Origin: Candidatus Omnitrophota bacterium | GTDB lineage: Bacteria > Omnitrophota > Gorgyraeia > Gygaellales > Profunditerraquicolaceae | Assembly: GCA_025453395.1 (NCBI GenBank) | Contig: JALOQK010000002.1 | Coordinates: 474,509 to 538,508 of the forward strand | Length of the DNA stretch: 64,000 nt | Reading direction: 5' to 3' | In this document: positions 1 to 9,474 of the stretch, piece after piece | How the letters are laid out: every line of letters begins with the position of its first letter | Position numbering within the stretch: position 1 is the first letter of the stretch | Position numbers and translations under genes: made by a program | Notes under the pieces: generated by a model | The model's database searches: none | The model's input: the letters and a program-made list of their open reading frames with translations, nothing else | What the model was told of the DNA's origin: nothing

Positions 1-229
1 ACTTACCCCTTATGTGCTTCTGTTAGCTGCAAGTATCGTGGCATCCATGACCCTTCTTATAGTCCTCTACCGCTGTTTGGCCCCTCTTCCGCGCATAGAG
101 AAAATCCTTGATCAAGTGCTGCAGGGAGACTACAGTAAACGTATCATCTTGCGCAAAAAAGACATGCTAGAAGCGATTGCGCTGCGAGTCAACCAGTTAA
201 TTGAAAGGCTGGAAAAGAACAAAAAATAA
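1..229 (+). CDS. Partial (5'-truncated) membrane protein with a C-terminal HAMP-like domain
   Basis: Frame is open from position 2. A TM segment is followed by PLPRIEKILDQVLQGDYSKRI..R..D.LEAIALRVNQL, a HAMP-like pattern. Confidence 0.6.
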   Translation, partial: LTPYVLLLAASIVASMTLLIVLYRCLAPLPRIEKILDQVLQGDYSKRIILRKKDMLEAIALRVNQLIERLEKNKK

Positions 230-231
230 CC

Positions 232-1095
232 CTATCCGAATTTAATATCTACCGAAGTGTGCCCGAATTCCTGAAAGCGATTGGTCTTTATTTTCACGTC
301 ACAAGGGTTACAAAAACCGAACATACCGCACTTTCTATATTTATCCTCTAAAACAAACCCCCCGTCATAAAGAGAGCCTATGGGCTTAAAATCTTGATAC
401 ACATCGTGGTGACAACGAAAAATATCCGCCTTAGGATCAATCAAGAACTCTGTGCTTTTGCATAAAACATCCTTCGGATTGTTTAGATCAAAACATCCCG
501 GGTATTTATACTGCCCGTGCATTTTACCACGATACTCTCCTAAAAAGTCTTTAAGCCTAAAATCAATCCCCATCTTTTTTGCCTTCTCTTGAGAACTAAG
601 AATTTGTTTTTTGTATTTGGGATGCAAAACCGACCAGACCCCGATACTGAAGCCTTTGTCCTGTAAAGCTAAAACCTTTGATGCAGTCTTATTAAAATCC
701 ATGGTTTCGGGATGATAACTGACTCTTATAGATGCGTAAGGCGCCTGACGCTTAACCCTGTTAGGATTGACTTTCTTGGCAAAATCATCCGCATCAAATT
801 GCAAATTAGTCAATATATCTATTGTCAATCCTGGCTTCAAATGATTGATAATATAAATAAAATCCGGGTGCAGGCTTGGCTCTCCCCCCTGCAAGCTAAC
901 CGGAAGATCCGCGCGGGATTGGATGCGGTTTAACAACTCAACCCAATCTTTTCCAGAAATCATCTTACGCTTCTTAAGATTCCCCTCAAAATTATTAATG
1001 CAATAGCTGCATTTTAAATTACAGGCAAAGGTAAGAAAAACTCCGATATAATTATAAGAATCGGGTATTTTAATCGGCTTTAAAATCTTCTTCAT
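232..1095 (-). CDS. Radical SAM protein with a C-terminal Cys-rich (Twitch/SPASM-like) extension
   Basis: CNLKCSYC (CX3CX2C), GGEP, and C-terminal RCH...CGMFGFCNPC. Confidence 0.85.
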   Translation of the reverse strand: MKKILKPIKIPDSYNYIGVFLTFACNLKCSYCINNFEGNLKKRKMISGKDWVELLNRIQSRADLPVSLQGGEPSLHPDFIYIINHLKPGLTIDILTNLQFDADDFAKKVNPNRVKRQAPYASIRVSYHPETMDFNKTASKVLALQDKGFSIGVWSVLHPKYKKQILSSQEKAKKMGIDFRLKDFLGEYRGKMHGQYKYPGCFDLNNPKDVLCKSTEFLIDPKADIFRCHHDVYQDFKPIGSLYDGGFVLEDKYRKCGMFGFCNPCDVKIKTNRFQEFGHTSVDIKFG

Positions 1096-1817
1096 TTGTA
1101 TTTTGCCTTTAATTTAAAAAGCTCAAGAAAAGACGGGATGATTTCTTTAAATAAAGAAAACTTACTCCCTGCCACATCCTGCCATAGCCTAAGCGGATAC
1201 TCTACAACGCCCGATCCCTGCTTTAGAAGGCGCAGTATTATTTCCAGATCGAATAACCATTTTACAATAAACCTATCCTTAAAACAAATATCAATTACTT
1301 CCTTGCGAAAGATCTTTGCGCCGCACTGCGAATCATAAACTTTTATTTTCAAGACTACCCCCACCATCGTGGCAAAAAATCTTCCACAATAATGCCTAAA
1401 AGCAAAACGCTTTATAACAGATCCCAGGCGCAGCACCCTGCTTCCTAAGACAGCGCTGCAATCAGGATAAAGAGCTTTTTGGTAGCCCATGAAATCATTT
1501 AATTCTTCCAAAGGCGTTGCCAAATCCGCATCCCAGAAACCCGCCCAAGAAACATCTTTCCAGAAAGGCATTGTCTTCAGATGCAGCATGCCCTGACGCA
1601 CCGCCTCTTGTTTGCCATAGTTCTTATCCAACGACAGAATATGGACTCTTTGGCTTAAATGCCTTCTTATAACTTCCGCGGTAGAATCATTTGAACCATC
1701 ATCAACAAACAAGAAAAAAACATTATGGCCGCTTGATAGGAATTTATTCATATCAAGCCGCTTTTCTTCGTTATAACAAGGTATTACTAAGAAGATTATT
1801 TCTTGCAGACCATGCAT
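1092..1817 (-). CDS. GT2 polyprenyl-phosphate glycosyltransferase (DPM/DPG-synthase-like)
   Basis: IPCYNEE, VDDGS.D, DADL and DSQCGAK motifs; ~240 aa. Confidence 0.85.
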   Translation of the reverse strand: MHGLQEIIFLVIPCYNEEKRLDMNKFLSSGHNVFFLFVDDGSNDSTAEVIRRHLSQRVHILSLDKNYGKQEAVRQGMLHLKTMPFWKDVSWAGFWDADLATPLEELNDFMGYQKALYPDCSAVLGSRVLRLGSVIKRFAFRHYCGRFFATMVGVVLKIKVYDSQCGAKIFRKEVIDICFKDRFIVKWLFDLEIILRLLKQGSGVVEYPLRLWQDVAGSKFSLFKEIIPSFLELFKLKAKYK

Positions 1818-2515
1818 ATTGACAACCCCGGCAATTTGATCCCTGCCTTGGATAGAATGCGATTCAGATAAAAATCAAAATTCAATAAACCTCTGAATAA
1901 AAAAGTAAGTGCGTGCCCTCGGCCAAATCTCCATCCTGACGCGCCACACTGGCATGAAACCCCAAAGAACTTTTCCTTTAATTTAATTATAGCCCGCGGC
2001 AAAACAAGCGTAGAATAGAAATAAAACCCTTCTTCCACTTTCAACCCTGAAACCTGAATTAATCCGGAAAGCTTCTGATAATTATACCTACGCAGATGCT
2101 TTAAAAATTTATCATGCCCGGTAAATAAAAATTGATAGGCCGGGACAGTTATGATAAATTCTGCACCGGGCTTGATTATCCTGTTCAGAGAATATAGAAA
2201 TCCTGCTTCATCCTCCACGTGCTCCAAAACATCTAAAGCTAAAACTACATCCACGCTTTCTTGAGGAATACTTGAAAGGCTATTAATCTTTTTTATCTTG
2301 CCATTCTTGTCCTCTTGAGCATAAGCTTTATCAAATGCCCAGATTTTATCGGCATAGCCTTCTAAAGATAAACTGAAAAATAAATCTCCGGATCCTATGT
2401 CAGCATACTGCAAACCAAAAGGCTTCTTCTTTAATAACATCAAAAGAGAATCTCGGCGAGATAATTCCCAGGGGTGCCGGTTACCTTTAAACGCGGTTTT
2501 CTCAATTAGATCCAT
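1796..2515 (-). CDS. Class I SAM-dependent methyltransferase
   Basis: DIGSG motif I, DVLEHV, ITVPA and HLRRY. Confidence 0.8.
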   Translation of the reverse strand: MDLIEKTAFKGNRHPWELSRRDSLLMLLKKKPFGLQYADIGSGDLFFSLSLEGYADKIWAFDKAYAQEDKNGKIKKINSLSSIPQESVDVVLALDVLEHVEDEAGFLYSLNRIIKPGAEFIITVPAYQFLFTGHDKFLKHLRRYNYQKLSGLIQVSGLKVEEGFYFYSTLVLPRAIIKLKEKFFGVSCQCGASGWRFGRGHALTFLFRGLLNFDFYLNRILSKAGIKLPGLSICMVCKK

Positions 2516-3637
2516 CTAAATAAAATTAACATGCATTGGCGGCTTGCCTTGAGTTTTTTCAAGGGCGCAATTGCCGTTCTTTAAATCCCATAAGAATTCA
2601 TTTACCTTATGCTGCAAACACAAAGTCCCGCACATGGTCCTGGGGTCAAACTCATTCGAAGCAATCAAATCCATGACTTGCCAATAGCGCTTACTCTGCC
2701 AGATTTTCTTAAAAGAAGTTTGCGCAATATTGCCGATATGAAACTTTTTATATTTGCTGTTAAAAAGCATGCCGCAGGGCGCAACTAACCCTGACCCGGA
2801 GAATTGCATAATAAATGGCGGCCCGAAACAAGCGCTGTACTTTCTTTTGCCGCAACTTAGTATCTTCGACCATTTAGCCTTAACCAGGTACTTAGAATTG
2901 GAGATACTTTCGGCTTTTTTCAAAAGATCGGTCAACCCAAAATATTTATTGTAATCAACTCCCAGGGAGCCTGTTTCATCATCACTACAGTGCTTGACTA
3001 CTAAATAATCCACACCCAATTGTTTTCCTAACTTTGCCAAAGGGATCACCTGGTCGGCATATTGCGGCAAAAGCACCATCTGAAGCCCCAAAGTCACAGG
3101 AAACTTATTTTCTTTTTTTATCTTTACACAAGTTCTTATAATCTTAACGACTCTGTCAAAAGAGTTTTCTTCGCAACCCATAACCTTGGCATATTTGCCA
3201 GCAGTAGCTGCTGAAATATTAAACCGCAAATAGGTCAGATCTTTTAACAGCCCAGGCAGCCTTTGTTCTTTTAATAAAAACCCGTTAGTGCCCAAAGCCA
3301 TATCAAGGCCATTTTTCCTGCCTCTTTCCACAGCATCATAAAGATGCGGTGAGCAGGCGCTTTCTCCGTCGCTGACAAAACTTACCGCCTTTACCCCGAT
3401 ACTTGCGGAATCATCCAAAAAACGAAAAATCACATCGCGGGTCATCTTCTTTTCGTCGTTTGCCTGAAGCTTGCCGTAACAATAGACACAGCGGTAATTG
3501 CATCTTCTGGTCAACGCGCAATCAATAGTAATAGGCGCGATCCTTTCGCCGGCCAGCCATGCCTCTAATCTTTGGCGGTGCCAAAGAAGCTTATGCCCGT
3601 CTAAAACTATATTCTTGCCGGATATCTTATCTTGCAT
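2516..3637 (-). CDS. Radical SAM protein with SPASM/Twitch domain (paralog of 6432-7496)
   Basis: CNYRCVYC; C...PC...GNI....F..IW...C...C; ends PPMHVNFI. Confidence 0.85.
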   Translation of the reverse strand: MQDKISGKNIVLDGHKLLWHRQRLEAWLAGERIAPITIDCALTRRCNYRCVYCYGKLQANDEKKMTRDVIFRFLDDSASIGVKAVSFVSDGESACSPHLYDAVERGRKNGLDMALGTNGFLLKEQRLPGLLKDLTYLRFNISAATAGKYAKVMGCEENSFDRVVKIIRTCVKIKKENKFPVTLGLQMVLLPQYADQVIPLAKLGKQLGVDYLVVKHCSDDETGSLGVDYNKYFGLTDLLKKAESISNSKYLVKAKWSKILSCGKRKYSACFGPPFIMQFSGSGLVAPCGMLFNSKYKKFHIGNIAQTSFKKIWQSKRYWQVMDLIASNEFDPRTMCGTLCLQHKVNEFLWDLKNGNCALEKTQGKPPMHVNFI

Positions 3638-3639
3638 AA

Positions 3640-4398
3640 TTAATCTTTGTTGTATCTTTGGTATGAAATGCTGTCTTTAATCAGGTTCAAGGGTTTTTCT
3701 TTTCTTAATAAATACACTTCAAGAAAAAGCTTGATGTAACCCTTGACTACTGCCCTGAATGAACGCCAGGAAATTGCCTTAGGATTGCCTGCCAAACGAG
3801 TCCGCAGGCGATAGGGAACCTGGGCGTAAAGATACCCTCTTTTTAAAAGGCGCACCAAGATATCTGTCTGAAAGAAAAAACCCTTATTGCGGCAGGATAA
3901 TGACTTTAGCACGCTTGTGCGGTACAACACCGTCCCGTTGGTATAAGTCAAACCGATCTTAAAAGTATAATTAATTATAGATACGTAGGCAGATGAAACC
4001 AGATTCCTAAAAGCCGACCGGGCATTGCGGTTAAAAACAAATGGGATAACCATATCAACATCTGACATAAGCCATAAATAGCGGATAATCTCTTCGGGCT
4101 TATTCTCGTTATCCCCGGGCAGCATACAGACAACCTCATGCCTTGCTTTATCAACCGCATCCCAAAAAGATGCCCCTATCCCGCAAGGCGTAACATGCTC
4201 AATAATGTCAACCTGGCCCGGGAAATCACGCATTAGCTCGCGCACCAATGATCCTGTTGCATCGGTGCTGCCGTCATTTACTACTAAAACCTCTGCCTTT
4301 ATCCCAAAGGCCTTGAAGGCATTCAAGGTATCCGTTACGGCAGCAACGATATTTTTCTCTTCGTTTAAAGCCGGCATGGCTACAGTTAAAGAAATCAT
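3640..4398 (-). CDS. GT2 polyprenyl-phosphate glycosyltransferase-like protein
   Basis: MPALNEE, VNDGSTD; DPM1-like length and C-terminal R..G motif. Confidence 0.8.
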   Translation of the reverse strand: MISLTVAMPALNEEKNIVAAVTDTLNAFKAFGIKAEVLVVNDGSTDATGSLVRELMRDFPGQVDIIEHVTPCGIGASFWDAVDKARHEVVCMLPGDNENKPEEIIRYLWLMSDVDMVIPFVFNRNARSAFRNLVSSAYVSIINYTFKIGLTYTNGTVLYRTSVLKSLSCRNKGFFFQTDILVRLLKRGYLYAQVPYRLRTRLAGNPKAISWRSFRAVVKGYIKLFLEVYLLRKEKPLNLIKDSISYQRYNKD

Positions 4399-5451
4399 TT
4401 ATCCGCCTTTAGCTATTTTTCTAATCTTGCAAATAATATTTTCCAAGTTAGGATAAAATTCTTTCTCTAGGACATGGCTGGCCGGAGTCGGGACATCAGC
4501 AAGCGCGATCCTCTCTACGGGCCGTGCCAAGAAAGAAAAACAATTCTCCGTGATCATAGAGCTTATTTCGGCGCTTATCCCGCAAAAAGCATACCCAAAA
4601 TCAAGCACTATGGCTTTTTTTGTCTTCTTGACTGAAGAAAAAATAAGCTCTGCGTCTATGGGTTTAACAGTTCTTAGATCCACTATTTCAATATCTATGC
4701 CTTCATCTTGAAGCTTCTTACCGGCCTCAAGGGCAATCGCGGTCATAAAGGAGCTGGTAATAACGGTTACGTCTTTACCCTGCCTTCTTAACACAGGTTT
4801 GCCTAAAGGCACCAAATACGCCTCTTCCGGGACATAATCTTTATAATCAAAAAGCCATCTATGATCTATAAACATAACCGGATCAGGGCAAGCAATACTT
4901 GATAAAAGCAACCCCTTAGCATCATAAGCCGTTGATGGCATAACCACTCTTAAACCCGGAATATGCGCGAAAATAGCCTGGATCGGCTGTGAATGCTGGG
5001 CAGCTGATCCCCATCCCCCTCCAATGATCGCGCGGATTACTATGGGAAGATTAACTTTTCCGCCAAACATATATTTCCACTTCGCGGCGTGATTGATAAT
5101 CTGGTCCATAGAAACAAGCAAAAAATCCGTGCGCATATGGATTAATACCGGGCGCATACCGGCCAAAGACGCGCCAATAGCGATGCCGGTAAGAGTATTT
5201 TCGCAGATAGGGGTGTCAAACACCCTATCTTTAGAAAATTGCTTATGCAGATTCAAGGTTGTACCAAAAACTCCTGCCGGGTCATCTATGCCTTCCCCAA
5301 AGAGAAATACCTTAGGGTCTTGTTTTAAGGCAATAGCAAAAGCCTCGTGTATCGCCTGGCGATAAGTGATAAGCCTGTTTCCCGCCAGGGTATTATCCTC
5401 TGGCAAAACACGCAAATCCGACAGGTCTACAGGAACTTTATCCCATGACAT
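4399..5451 (-). CDS. ThDP-dependent 2-oxoacid dehydrogenase E1 beta-like subunit
   Basis: DTPICE, AAQHSQ, DAKGLL, DLRTVKPID. Confidence 0.9.
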   Translation of the reverse strand: MSWDKVPVDLSDLRVLPEDNTLAGNRLITYRQAIHEAFAIALKQDPKVFLFGEGIDDPAGVFGTTLNLHKQFSKDRVFDTPICENTLTGIAIGASLAGMRPVLIHMRTDFLLVSMDQIINHAAKWKYMFGGKVNLPIVIRAIIGGGWGSAAQHSQPIQAIFAHIPGLRVVMPSTAYDAKGLLLSSIACPDPVMFIDHRWLFDYKDYVPEEAYLVPLGKPVLRRQGKDVTVITSSFMTAIALEAGKKLQDEGIDIEIVDLRTVKPIDAELIFSSVKKTKKAIVLDFGYAFCGISAEISSMITENCFSFLARPVERIALADVPTPASHVLEKEFYPNLENIICKIRKIAKGG

Positions 5452-5469
5452 TTTTATTTCGCCTTTTGC

Positions 5470-6429
5470 TTAATAAATATCTGTGCGTAAATCTTCTTTT
5501 TCCGGATAGGGGCTTTTTACGGCAAATTCCCAAGCCTCTTTTACTTCTTCATCTGCTCTATGTTCTATATCCAAAAGTTCATTTTCTTTTAATAATTTAT
5601 TGGCAAGAATCTGACGATGAAATCTTTTATAAGGGCATTTCTTCATCCACTTTTCCACTTCTTCTCTGGCGCGAAACCCTTTTTCAATATCCGTCTCCGG
5701 TCCCACATGGGTACGAAAACGATAGGTGCGCGCCTCTATAAAACAAGGGCCAGAACCTTTTCTGATGCGCGCAATAAAATCGCCTGATTTCTTATAAACT
5801 TGGATTACATCATTTCCATCAAGAAGCGCTTTGGGCATAGAGAAAAAATCTGCTATTTTATAAATATCTGGATTTGCCTGCCGAACCTTTTGTGAAGAAT
5901 TAGTCGCGTAGAAATTATTTTCGCAAACAAAAAGAATGGGCAGTTTCTTTAATTTGGCGAAATTCATACTCTCAAAGAATGTCCCCTGCTCTATTGCCCC
6001 ATCACCAAGGAAAATTACCACAATCTGCCTTTGCCTCTGTAATCTTACTGCCAATGCCGCTCCTGTCCCAATAGGAATTCCACCTGCCACAATGGCACTT
6101 GTGCCGAAAATAGAATTTTCTAAAGATACCATATGGGTGGAACCGCCCTTGCCCGAAGAACAACCGGTTTTCTTGCCATAAAGCTCGGCAAACATCTCTT
6201 TAATATCCGCGCCCTTGGCAATCAAGTGCCCGTGGTTACGGTGATAGCTAAAAAGATAATCGCTTTTCTTTAGATGCGCGCATACCCCTGTGGCAATTGC
6301 CTCTTGGCCGATATAAAGATGCACTGGGCAACGCATTTGCTGTTCGGGATAGTGCTGAATGATTTTATCCTCAAACTTGCGGATTTTAACCATCCGATAA
6401 TACAAATCTTTGATTATTCTTTTATCCAT
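5470..6429 (-). CDS. ThDP-dependent 2-oxoacid dehydrogenase E1 alpha-like subunit
   Basis: HLYIGQEA, HRNHGH, GKGGSTH, and GDGA...ENN ThDP-binding motif. Confidence 0.9.
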   Translation of the reverse strand: MDKRIIKDLYYRMVKIRKFEDKIIQHYPEQQMRCPVHLYIGQEAIATGVCAHLKKSDYLFSYHRNHGHLIAKGADIKEMFAELYGKKTGCSSGKGGSTHMVSLENSIFGTSAIVAGGIPIGTGAALAVRLQRQRQIVVIFLGDGAIEQGTFFESMNFAKLKKLPILFVCENNFYATNSSQKVRQANPDIYKIADFFSMPKALLDGNDVIQVYKKSGDFIARIRKGSGPCFIEARTYRFRTHVGPETDIEKGFRAREEVEKWMKKCPYKRFHRQILANKLLKENELLDIEHRADEEVKEAWEFAVKSPYPEKEDLRTDIY

Positions 6430-6431
6430 AT

Positions 6432-7496
6432 TTAAATAAAATTAACGTGAATGGGGGGATTTTTAAGTTCCCAAAGATAGTTATTTACTTCATCCATGCG
6501 GCAGCACAAACGGCAATTATGCATATCCCACGAATTTTTCATCAACTTCTCTAATTTCCTTCTTTGAGCAGATTTCCAAATCTGCTCAAAAGAGCCTTTA
6601 TAAATATTCCCGTAACAAAAACGTTTATCGGAAATAAAAGCGCTGCAGGCATAAAGATCGCCATTTGAAACAAGATGCGCCCAGAATGGCAGCGCAAGGC
6701 ACTTTTTATAATTTCTTTCCTGGTTTAACTTTGCCATAGTATTGGCTCGAAAAATAACCTTAAATCGATCATCTGAAAAAGTGTCAAGTTTATCTTCAAG
6801 CTCACGCATTTTATTATAGGAAATAGTCTTGGACAAGCGATTAATGCTCTTGGGATGTTGTGAATACGGCTTAACAACCAGATAATCCGCGCCTAAGCCC
6901 TTTACAAGCTTTGCCATTTTAAGAACTTCTTTATTATTTTCCTTAATAAGTAGAAACTGCACTCCGATGACACAAGAATATTGATGTTTTCTCTTAACAG
7001 ATACCGCGTTTTTAATATTGGCTACTATTTTATAAAAGCTTTCTTTTGTGTTTCCATGGATGCGCGCGTAATTATTAGCTGTCGCAGCGTTAAAACTAAT
7101 CCTCAGCCAGCTTAAATACGGCAAGATAGATGAGGCTATCTTGCCGCTTAAAAGCGTGCCGTTTGTGGTTAAGGCAACATCTAAGAGCTTTTCTCTAGCA
7201 TGCCTGATTATGCTTACCAGGCCAGGATGCAAAAGCGGCTCGCCCTCGCCAGAGAATAAAATACTTTTCAATCCGGACCTGGAAACTTCAGATATAAACT
7301 TCTTTAAAACTTTCTCCGATAGGTACTGCGGCTTATAATTTAAATAATCAAAGGCGCAAAAGATACAGCGGTTATTACAGGCCCCGGTCAAGGAAATCTC
7401 CATATATAAAGGAGAGATGTCTTTTCCTTCAAGCCATTGATTCACCCGTCCGACATGATAAATTAATTTATGCGAATCAATACGGTATTTATCCAT
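6432..7496 (-). CDS. Radical SAM protein with SPASM/Twitch domain (paralog of 2516-3637)
   Basis: CNNRCIFC, GEGEP, C-terminal Cys cluster; ends PPIHVNFI. Confidence 0.85.
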   Translation of the reverse strand: MDKYRIDSHKLIYHVGRVNQWLEGKDISPLYMEISLTGACNNRCIFCAFDYLNYKPQYLSEKVLKKFISEVSRSGLKSILFSGEGEPLLHPGLVSIIRHAREKLLDVALTTNGTLLSGKIASSILPYLSWLRISFNAATANNYARIHGNTKESFYKIVANIKNAVSVKRKHQYSCVIGVQFLLIKENNKEVLKMAKLVKGLGADYLVVKPYSQHPKSINRLSKTISYNKMRELEDKLDTFSDDRFKVIFRANTMAKLNQERNYKKCLALPFWAHLVSNGDLYACSAFISDKRFCYGNIYKGSFEQIWKSAQRRKLEKLMKNSWDMHNCRLCCRMDEVNNYLWELKNPPIHVNFI

Positions 7497-7498
7497 TA

Positions 7499-8425
7499 TT
7501 ATTTCTTGAGGATCTTTTTTACTTCCTCGAACGCCTGTTTAGGGGTTATAAAATACATGCAGTTTTTCTTTTGATGGCATTCTCTCTGTAAACAGGGGAC
7601 ACAAGAATAGCCTGTTTCAGGCGTAATAATTTTGCCCAAATCATACAGATAAACCTCAGAAGAAGAGCTGGGGCCAAAGAATGCGATAATCTTTTTCTTT
7701 AAAGCAATCGCCAGATGCATCCCTAAGCTGTCATTTGTAATAATCATCTTACAGGAATTAATCCAATCCATATATTCATAAAGATTATTAAGCCCCTTTT
7801 GCCGGGTAACAGAATATTTCCCCTTAAGCATTTCTTCCAGGCTATCCCAATATTGCGCTGGCCAGCTTTTATTCCTCCACTTATCTCCTACCGCCCAGTT
7901 AAAGCCAATATCGTAAATTACTTTATTAGAAGGCTTATAGCCAAGCACATATTCTTCTTTATTCCATTTTTGGTCAATCATTTCAGCTAATGCTTCCTGC
8001 CAATAACGTATGTTTTTCTTTTTTTTATCATCATCAAGGCACAAGGCAAGCACCTTCTCTGCCCCATCATAGCTCTGGGCTTTGCCCTCATATTCATCAA
8101 AGCGAAAACCAAATCTCCTCCAGGCGCTAATAGAATCTGCCAAAGCGCAAATCCCGGGGACCTTCTCAAGATTAATTACAGTGTCGAACCTCTCCCTTTG
8201 AAGCTGCAAGACATTCTCCAGATTATAAGTCATGATCCTTTTGATGCAAGAATTACCCTCTAAAAGTTGGCGCGCCTTTTCATCAACCAGCCAGCTTATA
8301 TGGTCATTCTTAAAAAAATTAAGTATGACAGTGGTGCGGATAACATCTCCTAAACTTGTGGTAGTGGAAGTCTCTTTATCCAACGTCTCCGAATAGCCCA
8401 GTTTTATAATAAGCACCTTGCCCAT
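7499..8425 (-). CDS. GT9 family (heptosyltransferase-like) glycosyltransferase
   Basis: SLGDVI, K.WP, NDSLGMHLA.A, FGPS; SD AAGGAG upstream. Confidence 0.85.
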   Translation of the reverse strand: MGKVLIIKLGYSETLDKETSTTTSLGDVIRTTVILNFFKNDHISWLVDEKARQLLEGNSCIKRIMTYNLENVLQLQRERFDTVINLEKVPGICALADSISAWRRFGFRFDEYEGKAQSYDGAEKVLALCLDDDKKKKNIRYWQEALAEMIDQKWNKEEYVLGYKPSNKVIYDIGFNWAVGDKWRNKSWPAQYWDSLEEMLKGKYSVTRQKGLNNLYEYMDWINSCKMIITNDSLGMHLAIALKKKIIAFFGPSSSSEVYLYDLGKIITPETGYSCVPCLQRECHQKKNCMYFITPKQAFEEVKKILKK

Positions 8426-8456
8426 ATCTTCTCCTTAAGTTAGATATCGAAAGTAT

Positions 8457-8465
8457 ATTATATCA
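8457..8465 (-). promoter_or_regulatory. Putative internal extended -10 promoter (TGaTATAAT) upstream of the GT9 gene
   Basis: Minus strand reads TGA-TATAAT at 8465-8457, in one of the few intergenic gaps of the cluster. No good -35. Confidence 0.35.
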
Positions 8466-8972
8466 GATATCATACTTTTCTGAATCAAAATTCAACACGG
8501 CGCTCCAGAATTTAGAAAAAAGCGCTGCCCAATAAAGTAACCCGCCGTTTAGCTTATACTTGCCATCTTGAAGCCTGACTGCCTTAATTTTAAGCAAACG
8601 CTGAAGCCTTATATCCAGCATCAAATCCGCGGAGTAAATATTTTTTAGTTGATCAAAAGTCAAAGCATCAGGGCTTTCTTTTATTTCATAGAGGATGCGG
8701 ATGCGCCGCGCAGTTTCGCTCATGTTAAAAATATGAAAATACGCGTGCCCCAAAGAAAAATAAACAAGCCCCATATATAGAATATACAAAGCGCTTAATT
8801 CTGCTTTGGCGAAAAATACGCCCAGCAGTAAAACTATCGGAAAGGCAGAAAACACAGCTAAAATAGCCGCCATTTGCGCTGAAGCAATAATTTTACTCAA
8901 GTATCTGGAAAATGCCGCGTGCAGCAGGATAATTAACAAAGGGATGCTCAAAATAATACCTATTAAGCCCAT
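8463..8972 (-). CDS. Small membrane protein, 3-4 TM plus C-terminal winged-helix-like segment
   Basis: Hydrophobic N-terminal half, then RIRILYEI...LTFDQL...RLQRL...DGKYKL. Confidence 0.6.
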   Translation of the reverse strand: MGLIGIILSIPLLIILLHAAFSRYLSKIIASAQMAAILAVFSAFPIVLLLGVFFAKAELSALYILYMGLVYFSLGHAYFHIFNMSETARRIRILYEIKESPDALTFDQLKNIYSADLMLDIRLQRLLKIKAVRLQDGKYKLNGGLLYWAALFSKFWSAVLNFDSEKYDI

Positions 8973-8976
8973 TTTC

Positions 8977-9474
8977 TTAACCCTTTCCCTGTTCTAAACC
9001 TAAAATAACTCGCAAGGCAACAAAAAAGCTCAAAAAGACCCTGCCCCGCAAAGTAATATTTATTTTACCATGGCAAGTTCTTAAAAAACCTTCTTGCACT
9101 AAATCGTCAAAGCGTTCTTGCAATAAATCTTTGGTGTTAAAGTATTTTTTTAGCTCTTGCGCCGAACATCCAGAATAAGAAAATTTACTGATTATCAAGA
9201 TCAATTTAAGCGTCGGAGATACAGCTTGAGCTGCCGGGTAGAAAAGCACGTAGGAAAAAGAAAACGAATATGCCAGAGCTAAAGATAACCAGAAATCCCG
9301 TAAAGGGAAAAACTGCATAAGACAGGTAAGCCCCAAAAGCGGAAAGACTAAAAACAAAGATACAAGCGCCTGAATCTGGGCTTTGGGCCGTTTTATCCTC
9401 CACCAGATTACATGCGCAAGCAAGCTAATCAAGAAACAAAATACGCCCGAAATTAAAACATCCAATGTGATCAT
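8977..9474 (-). CDS. Small membrane protein, 3 TM plus C-terminal winged-helix-like segment
   Basis: Start moved to ATG 9474 (ATGA overlap with the upstream stop). SPTLKLI...QEL...RFDDLVQEG...ITLRG. Confidence 0.6.
   Translation of the reverse strand: MITLDVLISGVFCFLISLLAHVIWWRIKRPKAQIQALVSLFLVFPLLGLTCLMQFFPLRDFWLSLALAYSFSFSYVLFYPAAQAVSPTLKLILIISKFSYSGCSAQELKKYFNTKDLLQERFDDLVQEGFLRTCHGKINITLRGRVFLSFFVALRVILGLEQGKG

Noticed and set aside
4399-6429. Annotation as central-metabolism pyruvate dehydrogenase (pdhAB)
   Set aside because: No E2/E3 or lipoylation genes nearby, and the pair is embedded among glycosyltransferases; gene symbols withheld.
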